43,061 nt of DNA, from NCBI GenBank assembly GCA_001949185.1, contig BDGG01000019.1:166043-209103 (forward strand). Direction: 5' to 3'. Both the position numbers and the translations under genes were made by a program. The stretch comes from Ramazzottius varieornatus. Its lineage: Eukaryota; Animalia; Tardigrada. Position 1 is the stretch's first letter; each line of letters opens with the position of its first letter. Below the pieces are notes generated by a model, which saw only the letters and a program-made list of their open reading frames with translations, was not told the origin of the DNA and did not search any database. Of this stretch, positions 1 to 12,449 are shown in pieces.

Positions 1-44
1 TCCCGGTCAAAACTCCAGGTTAATAGGAGCTAAGTCATCTGATT

Positions 45-573
45 TTACAAAGTATCTTCGTAAGTAAAGTTGCTGCGTCGTCGATGGCGGTAGCCCTCCT
101 CAGAGCTGGAAGAGTCATCGGGAGATCCACTGCGCCGTCGGTCTTCCGGTCGAGGGAGGAAATTGCCTGGATACAACCCATACATTCCATATGGTGTCAA
201 GCCTGCCATGGCACAGTCAAAAGCTAGCCAACTATCAAACCCAAAATCCATCCATAACGATGGTAAAACTTCCGGCAAGAACGTCGATGGGTACAGTACT
301 TCCGGCTCTGAATCAAGGGGATTACTCAAACGATCCCCCGTGAAATTGCACCAGCGGAGGATATTACACGTTGCCATGCAGTGCTTGCTTCGACGCTTTG
401 AGCACCGATTGTGATCTGTCCATCTAGTCGCTTGCTCCCGATCGACATCTCCGATCCTACTGTTTCTTTACGAAGACTGCTAAGGTGTCTTGAGTGAACG
501 AAAGGGAATTCACTTACAGTGAGTCTTCTTCCACAAAGTAGTCTTCCTCGAAGTCGAAATCTTCGTTCTGCAT
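45..573 (-). CDS. Possible small spliced hypothetical gene
   Basis: ATG at 573 opens MQNEDFDFEEDYFVEEDS, ending at a GTAAGT donor (517-512). Phase-compatible exons at ~479-370 and ~308-45 can be joined. No recognisable family, and the first intron would be only ~38 nt. Confidence 0.25.
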
Positions 574-613
574 AGCTTGGCTTCGCTCCGTGAGAAAGTC
601 TTTTTACAGTTGC

Positions 614-1226
614 AGGGGAGTTAGTACGTCGCTTCTTCACGACCAGTTGACAGAACATAAAGTCCAGATAAATTTACGGAGGTTCCCGGCCTTATATTTT
701 ATAACAACGTTTGAGGAGATCTTCAAGAGAATAGTACAGGTTTCTCCTAGGCAGAAGAGCAGTGAAGTGACTGAAGACAGAGTACTCCGCTAAAGTCCGA
801 AGGATGCGAGGAATTGTGGGATGGATGAGTGCCAGCGTCCCAACCGAGACTTTCTCCATTCATCCAGAGCCAAAAATCGATTTCACCGCATTGTTTTGGT
901 TGTGAATGCTTGGCGGACTGGAGGTACACCAAGCAATCAACAAGCGGACGTCTGTTCCCTAAAATCTGTTCCTCGTCGTTCGGTGTTCCCTCCTGAGTTC
1001 TTTGAGGAACAGCGTGAGCGCTGTCGATCAAGCCACAACATTTCCATTCTTGCTTGATTGGAGCGTCTATCACTTTCACAGCTGGTTTGAATTTGAACTT
1101 GATTTGTCCGTCTTCTCGTCCAGAATTTCTGTTTCTGTCCGCCCATCCAGGTTTCTTCCCATCTGCTACCATCCACTCTTCACTTTGCTGTACATAGCCC
1201 GAGGATCATCATGAGCAGTCGCCGAG
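614..1226 (+). repeat. Left copy of 613-bp inverted duplication (ATP synthase d upstream region plus first 5 codons, MSSRR)
   Basis: Reverse complement of 42449-43061, with about 4 substitutions plus an ambiguity near the N. Identity stops right after ATGAGCAGTCGCCGAG (1211-1226). Confidence 0.96.
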
Positions 1227-1605
1227 ACTGCCGTACAGCGGTGGAGGGCAGGCTTCCCACAGTGGCACAGTGCCCCCAGGGAGGAAAATCTCGAGGGTGG
1301 GGGCCGGTGGGCACATGGAACTGTACTTGACGGTAAAAATTCAAAGTTGGAATGGCCGCTATCGCAAAATTCCGAAAGTACCCACTAGTCCTGTTGGTTC
1401 GAAGTAGTCAGTACTCTCTCCTTTCATTGTCTGTTGCGCCATATTTTGACGGTAAGTTTCTGGAAGAAATCGGTGTTGTTAGAAAGTTGGACAGGGTCAC
1501 TTCTATTGTCCAGGCGTTGGTCACAAGATGGATAGCCTAATCGTGACATTTTGTTGTTACAGACTCGTGTTCCATCCCTAGCTACAACGTCTGCAGTACG
1601 ACAAG

Positions 1606-2893
1606 ATGCCTCAGATCGAGAAGGTGGAAGAAGAGATCGACGACAATGAAATTTCGGATATGATGTCGGAGGAGAAGGAGGACGAAGTGGCGCAAGAGCA
1701 AGTGGATAATGGACAAGCGTTGGATGATCTCTCCAACTTCAAGGTTGCTCTCATCGAAGAGATCAAAAAAATTCCTGTGCTGTACGATCGTAGCATACAT
1801 ACCACAGATGATTCTCGAGATAAAGGATGGCTGACTGTAGTACGGAATCTGCTGCCTCTAATGGACGAAACTCTTTCCGGTGAGAGTTGAAGAAATCCTG
1901 GTTTCGACCTGGCTCATTATTCTGTGAATATCGCTGTCGGGTTGCGCGACTTTATCGGGGATGTTTATGGAGCATTAAACTGGGTTTTCTAGTTTTTCGT
2001 CATTACTCGTGCTTATTTTCCTTGATTCTCATCTGCTTTACAGAGCAAACGAGGCTAGACTACTGCCGAAAGACGTGGGCTTATACCCGAAGCAATTTCT
2101 GTAAAATGCTACGGACTCACAAAGGTAAACGAGACGGAAGTACGTGGTGGCTAGCCGGGCATATGGACTTCTTGACCCCTTATTTGACGGCCAACGCTCA
2201 AAACAACCGGTGAGTGTTGGCCGAAATGCTTAAAAGTATTCACAGCTCCGTTATTGGCAAGAAAGTAATTTCGACCGAAGTTTTCCCTTTCTTTCTAGTG
2301 CTTATCAACGTGTTAAACGTTTGAGGCCTCAGCGCGATGCCGATTCGGAAGAAGGTGGAGCTGAAATATCGGCTTCGGAAGGACCTGTGGAGGTCACGGT
2401 TTCTGCAAACACAACTGAGACTGATGTTGTTGATCCGCACCTGGTATGTGCGCCGCCCAAAGGTCCGACACCGCGGCGAAACTTTCTTCGACAGAACGGG
2501 TCCGCCGGAAGTACCCAAAACCATATCATAACACCGCGTCGCGCAGGTACTTGAATCAAAATCTGTGTCACTCTGCGATTATCCTAGTCTTACGGCTCTT
2601 TTTCATAGTTCCGCTTCCTCCTCAAGCACATGTATCTTCCGGGGTTGCTCCAGGGTTGACAGCAGTTACCGCGACGGCGATGGACGAAGATGATCTCCAG
2701 GGTAAAAGTGCTGTCAGGTTTCGGCTGAGGGGTGACATTATTCACATTTTCTGTTTGTTGTGTTCTAGTGTACTTATGGATAACTAAATTGAAGAAGCTG
2801 AATCCAGCGCAGAAGCGAATCGTGACCAAGAAAATCAACGACGCTTTTTTTGAGGCCGAGGAACCCTCGTCTCAACATGCGCCCGATGCTTAG
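1606..2893 (+). CDS. MADF (myb/SANT-like) domain protein with C-terminal BESS-like motif, about 5 exons
   Basis: LIEEIKKIPVLYD..KGW (exon to ~1879) and CRKTWAYTRSNF..WWLAGHMDFL (~2044-2209) match the MADF pattern. Spliced DEDDLQ|VYLWITKLKKLNPAQKRIVTKKINDAFFEAE (2769-2893) is BESS-like. Start uncertain. Confidence 0.75.
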
Positions 2894-3099
2894 AATTGCG
2901 TTGATTCTGTTGATATCTTTGATTACGACTGCGTAAAGTTCTTCATTGGATCTTTTTTTAACTGTTATGTGTATTCCGTTTCTCGAATAATACCTATTGT
3001 TGTTGTCATATGTCCCGACTCGACGGAAGCTTCTGCTCTACCGACCCGCTATCTGGTTTTGCAGCTCGCCACGCTGTATTGTTGTTGCCTAGTTCGTTG

Positions 3100-3800
3100 G
3101 TTATGAGACTTTAGTTCCGGAAGTCGGTCATAGAGCTTGCACCAGCGGAAAGGCTCGAACTGCGTTGCCGAGTTTGACGGTTCTCGACCAGAGACCTGCC
3201 AGACGTTGGTCCATCACGATGGCAAGCCGATCCGCCGCGAAGTGGCGAAGTGTTGTTCTGAACCGGAGACAGCGCCAAGAGTAGTTCATCGCACAGTAAT
3301 GGCAGCCAACACGGTTGAAGCAGGTGTAAGGTGATTCAGTGACGTAGCTTTGTTTTGGTTTATTTCTTCAGGAATCAGGAAGACGATCGATTTTGGATTT
3401 TCCGCATATCATTTTCGTCTTGGATTTGGCAGGGTCACCTTGGCAAGTGTTTGAACGGTGGATTAGACTGGAGAAGTCCTGTTACTTCTGTCTCCCATTT
3501 TTTTCCAAGCCATCAAGAGGATCACAAAACATAACATTCTTGGAGGCTGCAGGACAGGAGACGTCACTGCTTATATTTACCCTCTTTTTCAGCATAATGG
3601 AGCATCTGTTGTGCGAGCCTACGTAAATTGCTGAAGCTCAAGGTTGGCGAACGTCTGCCACTCCATACTCAGCTGCATATCCGTTGACGTCGACGAAGAG
3701 GTGAAACCACTCACGCTTGTACATCGCTCTTTTTTTTCTGCACCAGCTGACGAGCGTTGAAGCTACTCAAGCCATGCTTTCAAGTTTCAATTGGTAGATT
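3100..3800 (+). pseudogene. Decayed PIF/Harbinger-type transposase
   Basis: Frameshifted fragments in Harbinger order and roughly correct spacing: LAPAERLEL (~3136), ETCQTLVHHDGKPIRREVAKCC, DFPHIIFVLD (~3396), SCYF..FFS..NITFLEAAG, AAYPLT (~3672). Adjacent to a MADF gene. No TIRs found. Confidence 0.5.
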
Positions 3801-5008
3801 AAAACCCGCGCTGCCTTTTATTCCAGCTGACGGTTGCCTTATCAGCTTTAACGGACTCCCCTATTCCTCAAATGGATATCAAAAACTACTTGTGCTCATT
3901 TGTCCCGCTTGATCGCGAGTAATTATCTGTGATGCTGAGGGGGAATTATTAAGGACGACAGTCCGGAAATCGAAGACGCTTTCAGCCTCCAGCTTCCACT
4001 GACAAACGTTTTCGCTCGTGGCGGTCGTATTGTGTTTCTGCCTTTGGAAAAGTTATTCCTGGACAAGATAGGATCCCATTGAATTTTATAATACACAGTG
4101 GAAGGCATGTGTGAGTACGTCTTGAGGAGAAACACATCTGTTGGCGTATAGCTTCCTTCACATTGATTTTTTATTCAGTGGGCGTTTTATTTCTAGTTTG
4201 CTCGGCTGGGCGGGCCTTTGCTTCGGTTGGATGAACGCTCCTGCTGATGCGCTGGACTCTTTAACGTCCCTGTGTGAAAGTCTTCAGGTTGTAATATGAA
4301 TGCGCGTTGCCGCGCTGGGTAAGGCCCTCCTTTCTCACTGCGTCACATTGATTTTTGACCAGTGCGATTCATTGTATGTTTTACAGTGTGTGTGGGCTCT
4401 CTGTCGTTTGAAGACATCCAACAGTCCTACTGCGCACTGTTTATCGATTTTTGGAGGCCACAAGTTTGTTCCTCCGTTCCTGTTTGTTCGTTCGTAGCAC
4501 AAACGGGAAGAGGGGTGGCATAAGTGACTGGCTGGATGAATGATTTGCCCGTGCGTACTGCGTAGTTGTGGAAGAGTGAAGGAAGTGGAGCAGCAGCTTG
4601 TGCCATTCCCATCTCCCGAAAATACTTCCGTTTATTTTTTCTCTACCCGTCACTCTGTCTTCACTCTGCCCATCTTCTTCCTCCCATTTGCTTCTCGGAA
4701 GACTGCTTCAAGATTACTGTAACACGACCTATTCCTCAAAAGACCCGTCTGTGCTGCTGATTGCACTGTATCGTAGTCTTGTTGGGGAATGTGCCTGTTT
4801 TCCCTGATTGTCATTGCCACGACGTAGAACACACATGTTTTTCGTACCTGTCGGCCTTGTGAGAATTCAGAGCGGAATTTACGAGGAGGTAGACGCGAAA
4901 ATGTCGGTGGTACGGAGAAGCAAGAGATTTTCAACGGGAACCAAACCTGACAATGGTGTGTATAAGCAAATTCCTCATCAAAATGGGCGGTGGACAAATG
5001 GTTGGAAC

Positions 5009-5158
5009 CAGATTGTTATCTCAAGTGGCGCACGTTTCCATTGTCATTGGCTGGAAGCCCGTGTCACCTGGAGAAACGATCTCGCGAGCTTGTTTTCAAG
5101 TGGCGCGTATTCGCGGTGTTACTGACTGGAAGCGTGCGCCAGTTCAGGAAAACGATCC
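5009..5158. repeat. GTGGCGCAC-N25-GTGCGCCAC hairpin family, tandem dimer
   Basis: Cores at 5025 and 5100, each with a 25-nt spacer and inverted arms. Confidence 0.85.
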
Positions 5159-5230
5159 AAGCCAGGTCGTTTGCCCACTTCCCCAATATACTTCTGGGAT
5201 GTTGCTGTGAATCTCTATTTGTGTTTTTAG

Positions 5231-8200
5231 AAGATACAACGGACGGAGGTATGCAAGGGACGTCGCTCAAGGAGAAGAAGATCGGTCACCGTCGGGTAGA
5301 TGAAACGGGGAACGTCACCTATAAAAGGGTACGTGAAAGGCAATAAAACGTGCTGGATTTGGGCTCATTGGATCGTAAAGTTCCACGTTATCGATTGTCG
5401 GCTGTATCTGCTTATCTTTACAGTTCCGCGCCAACGATTTGATGTTTTGCATTCAAACGGGCATTCGCCATTCCGTCAGCAAGCTGGCATCCAAACCTGA
5501 GCGCGACCTTCTCATGAAGGACTTTACTGTCGTGGAGAAAGTCTTCCACAAAAAGTAAGAGAAGAGCCAACACTCGATTTGTCCTGATTCTTGAGTAATC
5601 TTACATTTACTCAATTGTCCTCGGAAATAGTCGTGAGCGCTACCAGGTTTTCGAATTCCGCAAGGCGTACAATTTTTGGGTTTTTTTGAGATGATGTATT
5701 GAACATCAAATTTTTTGACTAGCCAAAAACAGTTTTTCGGACGTATTTTGATTGGCTTTTTCGTTCGAAGCTCTTGTTGCTGATGGCGCTGTCTTTTTCG
5801 TTCAAGGGATGGATCAGCATTCACGCCGGCACACGGCATGAACGATTTCACATTCAAGTCCTATGCACCGATTGCCTTTCGTTACTTCCGCGAGCTCTTT
5901 GGCATCGCTCCGGATGATTATATGGTAGGACATCTCCACTATCCCTCCACAGCTTTGCTTCTTTTCATCATCTCACTCGCTGTCCATTTGCCCATAGTGA
6001 TCCTTTGTAAAGTCGACGCGCCTTGGCTTTTTGTGGCCAAATATTGATTTTGTCTCGACTTTAATCGAAAACGATTTCTCTTCTTTCTCTCCGTAGCTTT
6101 CCCTCTGTGATCGAGCCATGATTGAGATATCAAACCCTGGAGCGTCAGGCAGCATTTTCTACTTGACAGAAGACGACGAGTTTATCTTGAAGACGGTCAT
6201 GTACCGTGAAGCAGAGTTCCTGCAGAAGCTCCTGCCCGGATACTACATGAACCTCAATCAGAATCCCCGTACGCTCTTACCGAAGTTCTTTGGACAGTAC
6301 TGTTATCAGGTGAGGCGTGTCAGTAATTTCTCGACATGACTTCGGGAGCCAACAATGATAATTGGCAGCTGCAGTGACGCATAACGTCACTGTTGTGATG
6401 CAGGCAGTCAAGGTTAGCGTGATGTGCTGGAAAAATAATTGATTCATCAACCGTCAGACCGCACACAGAGAGACATTGTCCGCTCATGAGACTCTTCTGC
6501 AATCTTGAAATTCATAAATAAAAACTCAAAGGATACTGAAAAGATAAATCAGTTATTTTTTGACATTAGTTTTGAAACATAAGGGTGGTCTTTTAATATT
6601 TTTGCAGATTTTGAGTATTTATTTTTTCGAGTTATTTATTTTTTGACGCTTTGTTGATGAAACAAGTGTTTCAACTTTGCGTCTTGACTCGTTCTGAGAC
6701 TTTAGCTTGAAATTTCTATTGGGTGCTATGGGGAAGCCAAGCTCGTGTTTCCGGTAGTACGGCGGCGTTGCTGACATCGGACCGTCATCGGTATTACGAC
6801 ATGAATGTCCAATGAGCTACTGTAGATGAAGTCGATATTTCAGGCCCCTATTGACACTAAATATGCTGATGGATTACTGTTTTTGTTTCTTGTAGTCACT
6901 GGGCAAAAACGTTCGCATAATCTGCATGAATAATCTCTTACCGCGCAAGGTGAAGTACCATCAAAAGTTCGACCTCAAAGGGTCCACTTACAAGCGACAA
7001 GCGTCAGCTGCTGAACGCCAAAAGCAGGTCCCCACGTTGAAAGACCTGGACTTCATGCAGCTCTACCCCGAAGGTGAGAAGAAGCGCGACCATTCAAATT
7101 TCAACCCGTACGTTTTTCAAAATGAGCAACTCGGCAAGCAGACCCGGCCAGATTGCTCTGTCCAGTGGCGTACACTGTCAGTCGAAAACAATGAAACAAT
7201 GAAAAAGTCACTCGAAAAAAGCACTACGAGTACTTGGGAAAACGATCTAGTCGAGTTTGTTCGCCGAACTCCCTTTTGTATTTGGCCGGAGGGAATTTTG
7301 CAACACACGGTCTTCAGAAACTTCAACCATAACTTTTAGAGAAACGGAAAAAACTTGTTTGATAGTTTCGCTTCGCTTTGCTAAACTTTCCTCAGTAAGA
7401 TTTCATTGTGTCGCTTGATTGATCGTTAAGTACGTAAATTATGCGCAGACTGAATACAACACTTGACCGACACCAGCACGGAGTCCTCGTGATTTTTCTA
7501 CGATATTTTTTCGGAAATACAGGTTGTGTGTTCCGCTCCACATCATCGCGTTCACGGCCTAAAATATTTGCAGGTATCTTCCTCGAACCCGAGACATACG
7601 ATCTGCTCATACGGACCATCCGAAGAGACTGTACGGTCCTCGAAAGCTTCAAGATCATGGACTATAGCCTCCTCATTGGTATCCACAACCTGGACTTGCA
7701 ACAGAAAGAACTCGAACGAGGTGATGCCGAACGCACAGAGGTAGCTCGGAGGTCGGGTAGCATAACGGTTCAACAGCCAGATTTCGGTTCGCCGACCGAC
7801 GACGACGCTATCCATCGACCAGGGTCGAGCTCACCTGTGCCGCCAAGTCAGAGTGAAATCAAGCCGCAGTCGTCTCCCATGGGAAGCCTGTTCAAGCTGG
7901 GAACGAAGGGCGCGTCGGGAGACGGAAGCTTACCACGTAACAACCGCACCCGTCGTAAGTTCCACCACGCTACGCTTTTCCGACCATCTTCTCGATAAAG
8001 CGATGGAACAGCGAAACAAATGAGAGATCGAAATGTTTCATATGGATAGTACAGTAAAAGCTTTTCCACACGTTGGGCTACAGGGTGATTCCTGTAGATT
8101 GGGGCGTTTTTGAACTTGAATAATAAAATCAGCAGTGCTTTCACTTCTTGAAAAATTCGTTTCCAGATACGTCCAACTATCGAAAACACTTTGCAAAAAG

Positions 8201-9586
8201 CTTTTCGAGGTGTTGTGCTCCAGAAGGAGCATAGCGCTGAGAACGTGAACTAGGTGGAAATCAGTAATCTTTCGCAAAGTCAACATGCTATGCACTTCAG
8301 GCGGGGTGTTTTTGCGTGCGAAACTTTTCACAAAAATTTCGCTGACGTTATTCTGTTGGAGAAACCTTCTAAATAGATTGATAGTTAGAAAAATATCACT
8401 TATGAGTTCGTGCACACGGTTGGATTTGCGAGCGACAGTATTACTGCTGACTCTGGGGGTCAGCAAAATGTTTCGCGTGTCTGTTGAATCATTTTTAGTT
8501 TTTCTGTAGTGTGTTTTCAAGCGAAACACACTTATAACTTTTCCGGAATGTGTTGCAGCACCACTTTTACGGGCTAAGACGAACCGCGAGAAGTTTGCCG
8601 CGATTGTTCAAGAGCCGACGCCCGCTCGCACGCAACTCTACTCCAAATTTAATCAGGAATCCGACACGAGCCAAATACTGTAAGTCGCAACCCATCAAAT
8701 ATTTACATCCACTCGATCCTACAACGTCGACTCTCCCGGGCTCAGTGACCCGTGGGCCTTCTGATGTATCTGGTATTTTCTTTGTAGACCTGACGGCGTT
8801 TTGGCATGGAACTCCAAAGGCGAACGGCTGCTTCTTTTCATGGGTATCATCGATATTCTCCAATGCTACAAGCTTCGGAAGAAGATGGAGCACACGGTGA
8901 AGTCCGTCGTGCTGGACGGCGACCAGATCTCGGTTTGTCATCCTTCCTTCTACTCTAGACGCTTTCAGGTAAGTTTCGCCCCGTTGCAAGATTATTTGGG
9001 ACCCAGACAGAGAAAAGCGACAAGATTCTTCTCCCAAGTGGAGCAAATCTCCCTTGTCTTTGGCTGGATGAGGGTGCCGCTCGTAAATTCGATCTTGTCA
9101 AGTGGCGTACTGTGTCAGCCAGTAACACTATGAACGTGCGCCACTTAGGAAGGTAGTCTTGTCGAGTTTTTTTGCGGAGACCCTATTTGGTTCAGACTCA
9201 TTTTGTGTTCATTTCTTCTTCAGGATTTCATGGCAGAGAAAGTCTTTCGCAAAGTTCCACCTGGTATGTTTCCCGCACACGTCTCGCCCAGTACTTCCCT
9301 CAACCAAAGAGAAGACAAGGCGCTCGATCCGTTGTCGCCAGAGTCCTCGCCGGAAATCTCACCGGTGAAGCAGTCTCAACGTCGGTCGACGAGACAGTCG
9401 TCGAAGAACCGAACTTCCACTGTCAGTATCTCTTCTTCCTCGGCTATCGAGATTGGCCGCGGTCAGTCGCACACTTCCACATCGAATAAAGCTTTCATAT
9501 CTTCCACGGCACCCGATCTCATACTGGACACTGCTGGTGCGGCAGCCAACCAGGCTTTCACTTCTCCTAAAGCAATAAATGCGTAA
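5231..9586 (+). CDS. PIP5K1: Phosphatidylinositol-4-phosphate 5-kinase type I (ppk-1/PIP5K1-like), at least 8 exons
   Basis: Motifs [82 protein letters not shown]. Approximate exons 5231-5328, 5423-5554, 5807-5924, 6097-6309, 6896-7072, 7574-7954, 8789-8968, 9224-9586. True start unresolved. Confidence 0.94.
9019..9166. repeat. N25 hairpin family, tandem dimer (PIP5K intron)
   Basis: GTGGAGCAA-N25-GGGTGCCGC and GTGGCGTAC-N25-GTGCGCCAC, ending CTTGTCGAG. Confidence 0.85.
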
Positions 9587-9715
9587 AATGTGATGTATTC
9601 TCAGCGTTCCTTTTTTTAACTCGGCTGGTTCTTCTCTAGAAAGATGCGGAAACTCTTACTGTGTTTTTAGCGTTTTTGTTTCTCGTTCATAGGAAACTGA
9701 GGCTCGGCAAACCAA

Positions 9716-9803
9716 CTCGACGAGATTTTTTTACCAAAAGGCGCAAGTCTCAACTGTTATTAGCTGAGAGCGTGCGCCACTTGGGAGGAACAATCTTGTC
9801 GAG
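9716..9803. repeat. N25 hairpin family, full monomer
   Basis: CTCGACGAGATT...AAGGCGCAA-N25-GTGCGCCACTTGGG...AATCTTGTCGAG. Confidence 0.88.
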
Positions 9804-9882
9804 CAGAGAAGATGAACTTTGCGGTAACTACTAACTCGTACTGGTTCGGATTTCTGTTCGATTGATTGATACCCTGTAGGCC

Positions 9883-11399
9883 ATGGCGGTATCTATTGAA
9901 ACAAGGAATCACTCAAGATCCCCGGTATCTTCTGTGCGTTACCGCTACCAACCAAAGTTGCGTGAGTACTGTAACGCAGGCTATAGGCCCCGCCCAGATC
10001 GCTAATATCGGCGTATGCGGCTCTGCATGCCAGGACTAGGCATTTTTCGCTATGGTGTGCCATACGGGCCTGCTATCGGCTTGTTTTGGTTTTCAAGTTG
10101 GCACTTGAGTCTTAAGTCTTGACAAACTGGCAGTTGCTAAACTTTTTTCGCTGTGCGATAACAGCGAGTTATCGGACTTTGTGTGGTATAACTGGTACCT
10201 TCTGGAGTTCTGCTTCGTAGTTCATAGTATCCTTTCCCCTTCCTGCCCGTCTCTCGGCTGTACAGGATCAGACATTCATCGGGCAACCATCTGCTCTGGA
10301 AGCTCTTGTTTTCTCGACGATATTGACTTGATCGGTAAGCAAGGTTTTACGGGACAATCACGACATGTCGATTACCAACTTTTGTTCTGATTTTTCCTCG
10401 CTGCCTACCGTGGTTACAGATCTCACCAGCAAGGACCATCTGGTCAGCTGACTCCACTCTTCGTTGAACCATTTCTTGTCAGTCAAACGTAAGTTCGCTT
10501 TTGAGCAGACATCGTTTAGGAGATTTGGTCGATTTCTGTATACAGAAATCAAGATGATTATCTATTTAGCTTGGTCTACTTTCGGCTGAAACCACCATGG
10601 ATCACCAGGGAGAATATCTTGCAGACCAACGCTGCCAGAAAAATTCCACGTAAGTCTGTGTCAATGAGCGTGCGTAAAATGGGAGATCCGCAAACAGGCT
10701 CGACGAGATCGTTCCCAAGTGGCGCAGGTTTTCTCTGTGGTTGACTTATAGCGTGCGCCGCTTGGACAGAGGATCTTGTCGAACTTGATTGTTTACCCAA
10801 GTGGCGCACGCTTCTAGTTTTATTGGCTGGAAGCTTGCGCCACTCGGAAAACTGAACTTGTGGAGGTTGTCTGTCGAGCTCCCAAATGGTTCTTGCTGTT
10901 ATTTTATTGCTGAATGAATTTCAGGTGAGCGCCAGCAAGAGCTACCATAGGAAGATCGGCTGTTACATCAGACTATGGATGGCTATGGAAAAGCAGTGGG
11001 TGACAGCTGATTCCGTCGAAGAGCTGAAGGATCGAGGTATGTGGGGCTGTTGGTTCTGATGTTTTCAAGGATGTGTTTGGGTTTTATTGAAATGAGAGCT
11101 CGGCGAATGCACTTCGCAGTGTTGTTTTCCCCAAGTGGCGTACGTTGTAGGTGTCATCGGCCGAAAGCGTGCGCCACTTGGAGAGACGATGTTGTCGAAT
11201 TTGTCGTGCCGAGTGGTGCACATCTTCGCTGTTATTTGGAGGCTGAAGACGTGCGCCACTTGAACGAACCATCTTGTCGAGTATGACTGCCGAGCGCGCA
11301 TATATATGGTATTGTGTTGTACTACGATACTGATATCGTAATATCGTTGTTTTATTCCGTTGCTGCTGTGCAGATCGCAGCACGAGGACACGACTCTGA
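9883..11399 (+). CDS. Possible 5-exon hypothetical protein (~100 aa)
   Basis: TGTAG|GCCATG start. Exons ~9883-9961, 10266-10334, 10420-10442, 10926-11036 and 11374-11399 have canonical GT/AG ends and join in phase without stops. No family recognised. Confidence 0.3.
10699..10866. repeat. N25 hairpin family, tandem dimer
   Basis: GTGGCGCAG-N25-GTGCGCCGC and GTGGCGCAC-N25-TTGCGCCAC. Confidence 0.88.
11118..11281. repeat. N25 hairpin family, tandem dimer (second unit has a 29-nt spacer)
   Basis: GTGGCGTAC-N25-GTGCGCCAC and GTGGTGCAC-N29-GTGCGCCAC. Confidence 0.88.
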
Positions 11400-11905
11400 C
11401 ACCTGGGACCAGCCATCAGATAACCCCTTCTACCGTTACGACATAAATTTATCTCTTACTTAGAAGCAACAGCTGCTGTAGTTTCTCCGGATGGGCTTCC
11501 CCGCAAGGTGCACACTTCAGACCATGCCGAAGGATGATGGCTTGTGATAACTCGGCATAGGCCATCCGGGTTGGTCTTTTGGGCAAGCGAAATTCACAGA
11601 ACTCGCACTTGAAGGCGAAGCTGTTACACAACATCTAGTCTACATCCCGATCCATACTTCGATACGGCGGCCTTCTACGTGAGGGGAAACGGAAGATTCC
11701 TACGCTAAAAGGCTCGCGAATGGAGGATTCTGACTATCAAGAAGAGCAAAGGTTCAGCAACAGATTGCTCGTTTTATTGTTCAACAATAACACTTCAGCT
11801 TTTCTAACGTTGTTTAGGCACTACCAAGGACCGCCCCCGCCGTCACTTTCCGGCGTAATGTTGCTGTTATGCACAGCCCGCTCAAGCAGAATTGTCACCA
11901 CTGAT

Positions 11906-12449
11906 TAGTGTTGTCGTAGTTCGACTGAGCTCGACTCGACTCGGTTGACCGTTTTGCAAAACGACCTTTTGCAGCAAAGTCGTAATGCAAAACGGCTTTG
12001 GTCGACTTTCAAACGACTTACACCACAGAAAGTTTCCTCCAAATCAATCAAAATGCCTTTCCGAGGTGTTCCGGTCTAACTGGTCTATACGCATTTTAAC
12101 TTTAAAGCTCACCTCTGTCGGTGTGCAAATGATGCAGCAAATTCGAGGTAAATAAATCGGTGGTCTTACCATGTTCTTACTCAAATTTATTGGCCATATG
12201 TAATTATTTGATGTAATCAGGGCAGATTAGTTCATAATTTGTTATGTCAATATCAGTTCGAATTTCGGAATAGTTTTTAAATTTCTGGCAGGAAATCTCG
12301 TGGTCAATAAATAATCAAAGTCGTTTGATTTGTGCGGTTAACCATTTTGCAAAACGGTTGACCGAAATGCAAAAGGACTTTTCGAGTCGCGACTTTACAC
12401 GACTTAAGTCACGACTAACCGTTTAATGAACCAAACTACGACAACACTA
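11906..12449. mobile_element. Non-autonomous hAT-type MITE, 544 bp
   Basis: 16-bp perfect TIR TAGTGTTGTCGTAGTT, exact 8-bp TSD CCACTGAT (11898-11905 and 12450-12457), subterminal CGACT and TTTTGCAAAA repeats. Confidence 0.93.

Noticed and set aside
1257-1272. CACAGTG twice, resembling an RSS heptamer or Transib terminus
   Set aside because: No nonamer or matching opposite terminus with a 5-bp TSD was found.
8050-8682. Possible Tc1/mariner-like MITE in a PIP5K intron (TACAGGGTGATTCC...GGAATC..CTGTA)
   Set aside because: Inverted similarity is too weak to define the ends.
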